From assembly GCA_040954595.2 (NCBI GenBank), contig CM082577.2, forward strand, positions 5,940,301 to 6,004,300: DNA of 64,000 bases, in the 5' to 3' direction. Positions within the stretch are counted from its first letter, which is position 1. Every line of letters begins with the position of its first letter. The position numbers were made by a program, and so were the translations under genes. The stretch comes from Balanoglossus misakiensis. Taxonomy: Eukaryota; Animalia; Hemichordata. Below, piece by piece: positions 55,641 to 64,000 of this stretch. The notes under the pieces are model-generated. The model searched no databases. It was not told the DNA's origin and saw only the letters and a program-made list of their open reading frames with translations.

Positions 55641-56916
55641 TTAATCTGAAAACATTGAGCATAACATCTCTCTCTGGTTGCCACCATTTCTGAATAATCT
55701 CATTTTCAGGGAAGGTTTGGCTGGAGTTGGGAGGGACGATTCACCTTCTTCGTCCGATGACAAGTCTGTGGTATCGTCCAAACTTATGACTGTGAAAATC
55801 GAGACAAAAAATGACTGTATTTAGTGGGTCTGTTCATATATCAGAAACACAAGAAAGTCAATGTGCACATGAATTGAGCCATAAAATAGCAATGCCAAAT
55901 AAAGAACTAGTAAAATCTTAAACTGAAGTCTGATATTTCTCTATTGTGCAATGGAGCGGTACCAAGAAAATAGGCAAGTACCAATATAAAAATTACTCTT
56001 AATTTTACCTTTGTTAGTACCATTTGTACTGTTGGCATTTTTTACTTTATTTTCCTTGTTGTCAAGGAGGAATTGAGGTAGATTTTGAGGGTTGAAGTCG
56101 CAGCTCTTCTTGTGGGATGTCAGTCTTTCTAGCTGTCCAATGAACTCACATCCTGAAGTCCTGTATGGACACGCCACTATCTGATCTCCGATGATGTTGG
56201 CTAAGATGAAGTCAGAGTGCAACTGGTGAATCTGTACTGGTTTCCTGAAATTTCACCAAAAAGACCGTTTAAAAGTACTCTCATTTTCTGTTCTGCTTTA
56301 AGAAAGAAATGCTGACAAACAGAATCTCATCTCTCCTAGGCAATTCCCCTCATAACATGAAACCATGCCATCCCCTATTCTTCACCTTTAACCTCTAAAG
56401 TAATTATACCATACTGTACTTTTACGATTAAAACCCCCCACAAATCCTCACCTATCTTCAGGACATGTTTTGCTTCTCTGCAGCCAGGGTAATATGCACT
56501 GTAAAATAAAACACCAAGATATGAATTATGATACATAGTATGTAATCAGCTCCCCCCCCCCCCCCCAGCTATCATACAACCATACTGACTACTGTGAACT
56601 ATTATGGATTTTCGAGTGTAAGAGATATTTACCTTTTTACAAAAGCTGTGCCCACATGGTGCTCGTTGTGGTTCAGTGAAAACTTCTTGACACACGGAAC
56701 AATAAAGGTGTCTGCTGACGGCACTTGGATTCAGAAAATATCTGAAATCAAAACGATTATTAGTCAGTCATTGTTCCTTCACTTTGTAAACACTATGGAC
56801 GCGGACGTACAGTACAGTACACTACACTACTAACTGTACCCATATATTATCATCTGCTTTACTAACCTTTCTTCCTCTTCTACTTCTATGACTTCTTTCC
56901 TTCTCTTGTTACTCAT
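55641..56916 (-). CDS. RING-HC plus TRAF/SIAH-type zinc finger protein (RNF151-like E3 ligase), 5 exons, about 196 aa
   Basis: Exons 56867-56916, 56633-56741, 56452-56498, 56009-56244, 55641-55789 (591 nt). RING CSVC..PCGHSFCKKCILPWL..TCPED, then VACPYRTSGC..H..SC; largely missed by the ORF track. Alternative donor at 56021 is possible. Confidence 0.85.
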
Positions 56917-57998
56917 TTTCCAAGATCGGAACGAAATACCCAGGCCCGTTTAGGCTTTGTTTACTTGAAGCGCAAACGTCCCTGCTAGTTTTTTAAACTT
57001 CGTGGCAAAATGTGTACGCATGCGCCCTGGTAGCAAGGACAGTAGCGCCATCAACGGCCATAGAAAATTTTGAACGTTTTTGTTCTATGCAAGTCACAGA
57101 GACAATAGTTTTATTATAAGATTTTATTTAAAACAAACTTCATAGTTTTGATTATGGTGATTACAATAAATTCAATATATCACAACACACAATTTATTAT
57201 CAAAGTACATGACTTGTATATTGACAATTTACAAGAAAAATTGTAAAGGCATGGGTACAGCTTCAGCCTAAAATATTTTCTTTTGAGGTAAATAGGTTTC
57301 CCATGTATGTAAATGTCCATGTCGACTCTTTTGTTTATGTTTTATCTACTTTTTCACTTTCCCACTCCTACAACTAAACCACTGAACTGCTAGCAACACC
57401 TGCTGATGGATCAGCACATACTAAAACATCCTAACCAGGCGCGTTTTTAAGAAAATAAATTACTGTACATACATTTTTTATGCAATGTGGGAAAATTAAA
57501 TTCAGAGTTCAAAAATAAATATTTTCATTCTTAAAAATGGACAAATTAGAATATCACCAAGGAAAATAAAGTATATACAGTACATGAAACAAATTTTCTG
57601 GGCTGTCACACAAAATTAAACAAATTTGAGTGTGAAAATTGACTGATATATTCCTACTATATTATCAAATGTACAAAAAATAACTTATAATAAAAATACA
57701 CACTTTGACAAAGTAGGAAAATTTGTTTTTATCCATTTAAACTTCTGTCATTCACTGATATGTGAAAAGTGGAGATTCTTTACATATGTACATGTATTAT
57801 ATAAAAAAAAATCAAATATTTCATTGCTAAATTAATAACATTGGCAAATAAATTATACAATAAAACAAAATAAAACAGCTTATCAACAAAACTGGATCTC
57901 TCATAGATCTTCGCAAAACTTCCACACGGGGGCATTAATCTTTCAGAACTTCAAATTCATCCCGGGCATGAAAACAATCCGAATCTGATGATCATCCC

Positions 57999-58930
57999 TC
58001 AACTATTGCACAATTCAATTTTCAGAAAGGTCTTCACAGTCACGTCCGGAATCTCATCGATGGCTTCCATCGCCCGCTTCCCGCCATCTTGATAGTACGC
58101 CTTCATTTCCTCAATGTATTCCAACCAAACACAGTTGTTACAGCCGCTCATACAGCAGTATTCCGGCGTTGGTGGAGGTGGTCCCCGGCCAGGTATCTCT
58201 CCAGCTATTCTTCCTATATTTCCTGGTTTCTCTTGTGATGCTACCTCTGATGACAGTTGCGCACCCCTTTCACTGTCCAGTAAATTCTTGTCTGCTTGTC
58301 CGTCATCGAGTGGCCTACTCTGGCCAACTTTTGGATAATTTTCTACGGGCTGCACTGTTCCTAACCTCGCAATGTTGGTATGAAGCACCTGTACAAATAT
58401 ATGATACATCAACAAAATCAGATTAATGCCAATACCCATAACGTTCAATGTAACAAAATAAATAAATCATGAATATAAACACTCCTGATATAGAGTCAAA
58501 GTCACAAAGGAATTTTATGTAACATCAAATCATGCATCAAATCTGATATGTAGTACATGTACAAGTATTATGCCTAGCCCTGCGTGTCCCTGGCGTTACA
58601 TGGCATGCACGGAGGCCATATAACGCCGGGAACACACAGTCCCGTGGGTGACGCAAGGATATATTATTATAACGTACTGCGCTGCCTGATGATTGCGTCG
58701 ATGATCCTTGAACAATCACGTCAATATACCGCGTAATCCGGGAAAATTAATTACATAGTATTGATGAAACACAATTCGTTACTAACATATGGAAAAAACA
58801 CAGTTCTGGTACGTGTATGTGTGTCTGCGGCCTTATGATTGGACTGGCCGCTGGCCGGCGAATCGGACCTACCTACCTTACGTAAGTTGACGTGCTTGGA
58901 AAGGAGGCACAAAACTCGTCCCTGAGACAT
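57999..58930 (-). CDS. OXLD1: Oxidoreductase-like domain-containing protein 1, 2 exons, about 147 aa
   Basis: Exons 58877-58930 and 57999-58388; PPPPTPEYCCMSGCNNCVWLEY motif; basic N-terminus resembling a mitochondrial presequence. Confidence 0.9.
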
Positions 58931-59266
58931 AGTTGCCGCCTATCGACAACACATTTATACTGAACTGGATAATCTTAAACGTCATATGTACACCATCGTG
59001 ATTATTTCAGAACAATAACGATAAAAAGAGCGGTTAAAGACGGCGACAAATTATGGCGGGCCCCGCAGACTTGACACGAACCAGAGTGAATGTAATGACG
59101 TCACCAGGGATTCCTGCAAGTGACGTCACAGTGCGGAAGCAGATATTGGCAACGTACCCGGATGAAGGGTATCCCCAACGTGTTTCATTTCACAATCCTG
59201 CCACATTGAGTACAGTACGGTGTTGTTCACGGCGTGATCAAGTATTGGGACTGACTCGCGGTCAAA
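58931..59266. promoter_or_regulatory. Bidirectional promoter region OXLD1/CCDC137
   Basis: 336 bp between divergent start codons; two perfect CRE palindromes TGACGTCA (59096-59103, 59121-59128), ETS-like GCGGAAG (59133-59139), YY1-like ATGGCGG (about 59053). Confidence 0.75.
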
Positions 59267-61080
59267 ATGGGTCGCCACAAGAAAGTGAAAAAGATAGACC
59301 CTTTTTACAAAGAAGGTAGACAAAAACCACAGAAAAACTCTAGACTGCAAAGGTAAGTACGTTGTGCATCATGTGCATGTGAACGGATAGCTGCATCAGT
59401 AGCTCGAGGTTTTGCCTAGGTTTGTGTGTTTACGGCAAAATCAGAAAAACCAAGCAAAACCTCGAGCTAGTGAACGGAGTACATTCTGTTTCACAATCAC
59501 ATGCTGAAGCAGAAGGCGAAATATTTCACGTTTGTTGCCACACCTTCTGATATGATATGAATTATGATTTATACTTTTATGTGTGTCATTTTGTTTCAGA
59601 CTCGAAAGAAGAAATGTGAACAATTTAAAACCAAAGAATCTAGATGAACAGCAACAAATGTCGCAGAAGTTTAAACTTTTCCTCGATACGATGAATGCTG
59701 CAAAACAACAGCAGCCAAAAGGGAAGAAAAGCAAAAACAAGTTTCATGGTAAGTTGGGGGTTTGCTGAATTTTGCACCATACACAAGACATTACCTGTGT
59801 GTAGACAGGTGACTGAGGATCAGACACAAATAACCAGTTTTAACTTTATTTTCTTCACAGATGCCAGTCAGAAAAGCAACTCAAAACCGGAAGATCACGG
59901 CGCACCTGCTGTGGAACCAATCACGTATAAGCAGAAACCCTCGGAGAGTGAAAGGATGTTCATTCATCGAATAAACAGTGAAACGTACCAAATCCTGGAA
60001 GAAACAGAAATGGCAATCAAACTTCAATTGGGGGCCGATCCACTCGAAGAACTGGAAGAGGGGAAGGAAGGAGGGAGCAAGAAGAAAGAAGGAAGCCAGA
60101 GGAAGAAAGAGTATGTTGTGTGATTTCTTGTTTGTGTTTACTGAAACTTGAAACAATATGAGCATAAAGTTCAAAGGCTAGTGACCCCCCCCCCCCCTTA
60201 TTCATATTCATGATAATAAATCAATCTGTTGGATCATAATTTTGCACACACAGGAGGCTTATCAAAATGAAAGACAAAAAGAAGAAAAAGCAACAGCAAA
60301 TGGTTGAAGACCTTCTAGAAAAAGAAAAATTTAAAGGTACAGTAATATGTGATTCATGTATCAACAGTGTTCGTAGACTACAAGCACAAGTTAAGTTTAG
60401 TTTATTAGGATGCATTTTTTCCCCGGAAGTCATTGAAAATGAGCTATCATAGAAACTTTCCATCTGCAGTTTCTTTAATGGACAACACCTTTTATCTTGA
60501 CAGATCACGTGAAATTCGGCGAAGTGGCCATGAGACCACCAGAGCTGAAAGCAAAACCCAGAAAAAGTGCAGACAGTGCCAAGGTGTGTATTAAAAGTGC
60601 ATGATATCAATTGTGCATCATTGGTGGGTAAATTATCATTAAAGCGAGCCATGATAATTGATATACACACTATAGGTTCTGTCATAACGTCAAGTTACCG
60701 GTAATACTACATACAGACCATAATTCTTCAGCTGTGGTCACTGACAGAATTGTCACTGAAGCCAGTCTCCATTTTTTGTAGCTGAAGCATTAGCATGTCT
60801 AATTCTCCATCCCCCCTTTTCCCCACAGCCTGGACAGAAATCCCTTATTTTAAAATCAATGCTGGACGACAAGTCAAAAGACAAATCTCTTCAAGACAGG
60901 AGCAAAACAAAGAAGAGCTGCGTCAAGGGACTGAGAGTGACCAAGACAAAGAAACGGAAACACATGAATGTGGCGGAGAAGAGACAGTTTGACAAAGCAC
61001 AGACTCTGGCAATACACGCATACAGACAGGCAAAGAAAGAGAAAAGGAAAGAAAACCAGATGAACAATGTGGAAAGTTAG
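59267..61080 (+). CDS. CCDC137: Coiled-coil domain-containing protein 137 (nucleolar), 6 exons, about 299 aa
   Basis: Exons 59267-59352, 59600-59748, 59861-60110, 60254-60336, 60504-60583, 60829-61080 (900 nt). MGRHKKVKKIDPF start, KQKPSESERMFIHR, DHVKFGEVAMRPPEL, AIHAYRQAK; Lys-rich. Confidence 0.87.
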
Positions 61081-62129
61081 CGCAGACGACTGAATGGAGC
61101 TAGAACGCTAATTGTCTTGACCTATCACAGAGGTTGCGATTGGGCAGCAATACATCACACCACTTGATGCTTGGCTTACAGGAGAATCTGCTGTTATCAT
61201 TTTGTGCATTTGTGCAACCTGACCATCCATTGATTCTCATTTATCTGCTGAAATATGCATTGGAATTTCTTTTTCATAAGGAGATGTTTGGGTATGTTCA
61301 AATGACACTGAAATTATCCATTCAGACTCAATGCCACAGTGCATGATTGAGAGTTATACACAGTCACAAGAGTTATACACAGTCACTAGTGGGCTGGGTT
61401 TCATTCACTCTTGAAAACAGAAATTTAAGCAAGTTATTGTGTACACCTGAAATGCCAAAACAATGGCTCAGCCAGTCACCCCGTTGAGGCTCAGCTAACT
61501 GTGTTTGGAAATAAAACATTTATTACACAACAAAACGTAATGTGAGTAGCATTCTTATTAAGGAGGTAAGTTAATTTGATCTGGCACATTCTATGTTTAA
61601 TCAGAAGATTTCACTTTTTTTTCAAAAATGAAATTTGAAAGTTCACCAAGTGCAACATTGAATTATATCTGTTCTCACTGAATTGTAGCAATGGTAATGA
61701 TTATAGCAATAACGATTATGTCGCCAATTGGAAATCTCTACAAAAATTGAGAAAAAAGCACCATCAATTCATTGCAATTACCAAATTGTTAAAAAAAGAA
61801 CTCGCACATTGGAGAAATATTCAGGAGTCAAATTCACTGGTCAAAACATCATGTTTATATGGTGACACAAACATGATAACATTCTCAAGAAAGCCCAACA
61901 CACAAGTTTATATGGTATGTACAATTCAAATTCATCCATTCTCATGGCATGTACCGGTAACTCTGATCAAATTTGGCATAAATGTCAGAAAATTACCTTA
62001 GTCTATCTAGGAACTCTACAGTCCTGTCACTACATCTACACTATTTAGCTTCAACGTTCCTCCTTTGAAGCAGCAAAACTAAAATGCCCTGATAGCCTCT
62101 ACTGAAACGTAATTGTCAAATATGCTGCA

Positions 62130-64000
62130 TCAGTCTTCAAATTTAACAGACCGAACAGCATCTTTGTCGATGTGGAACTTTTTCGACTTCACCCTCTCCT
62201 GTTCCGCATAGCCAAGCCCAAAGCCTTTCTTGATGTCCCATTTCATCGACAGCGCCCGACAGTACTGGCTCTCCAGCTGATCGTTCAAGTTCCCGGATTG
62301 TTGGTGACTCAAGGCGTAGTTTGATCTGGCCTCTCCGGATGTTGCCTTGGGCTCTGCGCCCTTCTTTCTCATTCCGAGCAGCCGGAAAAACTTGTCCTTC
62401 TCCTTCGTTGTCTGGAAGGATGCTGTACTCCACTGACCCAATGCACTTGTGCTGTGTGTGCTCTGAAAGCGAAAGAACATTTGCAGGTGATCTCTGAAAG
62501 CAAATGGCACACACACAACTGTGAGAGAAATTTTTAAATTTGAAAAATCCTGGAATGTGATATTTTTCATGAAAAAAATCACTTACTCTGGTATCATTAT
62601 CAGCGCTGGTGGTATAATTTCCATTGATTGCTGTTCTCTGCTCCTGTCTACCAGGGTTGTTTGCACACTGCACATCAGTTTGTTCATCGTCAGAAACTGG
62701 TTCGCTCTTTATGATCATCTCCGTCTGGGTGGTCACACCACCTGTCTGTTCTTCGTCAGTGTCAGACATCGGTTCAGTCTTACATGTGCAAGTTTCTGCC
62801 TCAACATTCCCAGCACCCACATCACTTTGTGTTACAGCTCCACCAGAGCTCTTCTCTCCGTGGCAACCAGGTCCACCAGATCTGGTGTCGCTTGCTTTCA
62901 CTTTGGTTTTCTTTGACTGGGGTTTCCTACCACTCCTTGTAACTCTACAATTTTCATCCTCGTGGTCGTCTTTGTCTTTATTCTCTGTTGCCATAGGAAC
63001 GCTTTCACCTGCTTTCACTTTGGTTTTCTTTGACTGTGGTTTCTTACCACTTCTTGTAACTCTGCTATTTTCATCCTCGTGGTCTTCTTTGTCATTCTTC
63101 TCTGTTGCCATAGGAACGCTTTGCTTCCCAGAAGCCTGCTTTCCCTTTGTCTTGGCTTTCTCCCTCTTTCTCATCATCACCCCATCACGTGCATTCGTTT
63201 CCAACGGTGATGCCTCTGTGTCCTCCACAGAATCGTTACAAACTTTGCTAGCCGAATCCTCCTTGCGGCATTTCCTCTTTTTTTTCTTTGATTCCGGTGC
63301 ATCAGCTTCTTCATTCTTCTTATCAACACCTCGTTTTCTTTTCTTTGCTGATTTGTTCTCTTTCCCTTTGGTTTTTGCTGGGCTCTCTGCAGGTTTGACA
63401 GTCGTGGCTAGCTCACTGGTACTCGCTTCAGTCAGTACATGTTTCATTTTGCTCTTTCGGGCCTTCTTCATACCTTTGCCGCTTTCAACGTCGTCGTGGT
63501 GTTTTTTCTTCTTTTTCTTCTTCGGTTCTGTTACCACTCCGTCAGATGGAGAGCTCTGTTTTCTTTTGTCCGATTTATTATCTTCATCACTACATTCACT
63601 GTGACTTCCTGTCTGAGAATGCTCAATATTTCCATCTTTGTTACAGAGATCTTTCTTTTTGTCTTTCTTTCTTTTCTTCTTTTTGCGCTTCACTTTTGGC
63701 GATACGTTCTCTTTACTTCCTGAAAGCACTTTGTCACTCTTTTCACAAGTCTCGCCACTTTCTTTACTATGACCTTTCTTCTTTGGTTCTGTCTTGTCCG
63801 CGTTCCTCTGTCTCAGCATGTACGGATGTTGTCTCTCTACTCCACTTTCAATTCCACCAAGGCCACCGTCACATACTTTCTTCTTTGATTTCTTTTTTCT
63901 TTCCCTCGTTTCCTCAGCTGCTATACTATTTCCTGTCAAACTCTCAGTTGCCATGGTTTCTGTAGACTGGCTACCACTCTTCACCTTTTTGTGTCTTTTC
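62130..64000 (-). CDS. Lysine-rich nucleolar protein (KNOP1-like) with C-terminal SMAP domain; 5' end outside the window
   Basis: Large Lys/Glu/Ser-rich exon open from beyond 64000 to donor at 62587 (AGA|GTAAGT), spliced in phase 0 to last exon 62130-62462 with GQWSTASF..KEKDKFFRLLG...LESQY..A...GFGLGY...FHID...SVKFED*. Confidence 0.8.
62888..63121 (-). repeat. Coding tandem duplication, 2 x 117 bp (39 aa)
   Basis: SVPMATEKNDKEDHEDENSRVTRSGKKPQSKKTKVKA and SVPMATENKDKDDHEDENCRVTRSGRKPQSKKTKVKA; nucleotide match offset 117 (62894 vs 63011). Confidence 0.9.

Noticed and set aside
62143-62586. C-terminal part of the 613-aa ORF (VSDFFHEK...RCCSVC)
   Set aside because: Read-through of an intron; the donor at 62587 and acceptor at 62462 switch to the frame with the SMAP motif.
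62624-63604. 326-aa Phe/Ser/Leu-rich plus-strand ORF
   Set aside because: Antisense shadow of the Lys/Glu-rich exon.

Overview
Eukaryotic (animal, most likely marine invertebrate bilaterian) genomic DNA, not prokaryotic: intron-rich genes with GT-AG splice sites. Most ORF-track entries are spurious or single exons. Eight protein-coding genes were reconstructed by hand: an intronless Rhes/Dexras/Di-Ras-like small GTPase (+, 1422-2138); then, after about 22 kb of CpG-rich non-coding DNA, a dense cluster of BRAT1 (+, 10 exons), mitochondrial aconitase ACO2 (-, 21 exons), ALG1 (-, 10 exons), a RING plus TRAF/SIAH-type zinc-finger gene (-, 5 exons), OXLD1 (-) head-to-head with CCDC137 (+), and the 3' part of a lysine-rich KNOP1/SMAP-domain gene (-) that runs off the window. 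Mobile DNA includes a 700-bp solo LTR with a 4-bp TSD, a 431-bp foldback element with a 7-bp TSD and microsatellite-bearing arms, a TTAA-flanked foldback MITE, and two asymmetric elements ending in large hairpins. I found no convincing novel multi-gene system. The best leads are these elements, the OXLD1-CCDC137 bidirectional pair and the conserved BRAT1 C-terminus. Family assignments are from recall of known sequences, not database searches.
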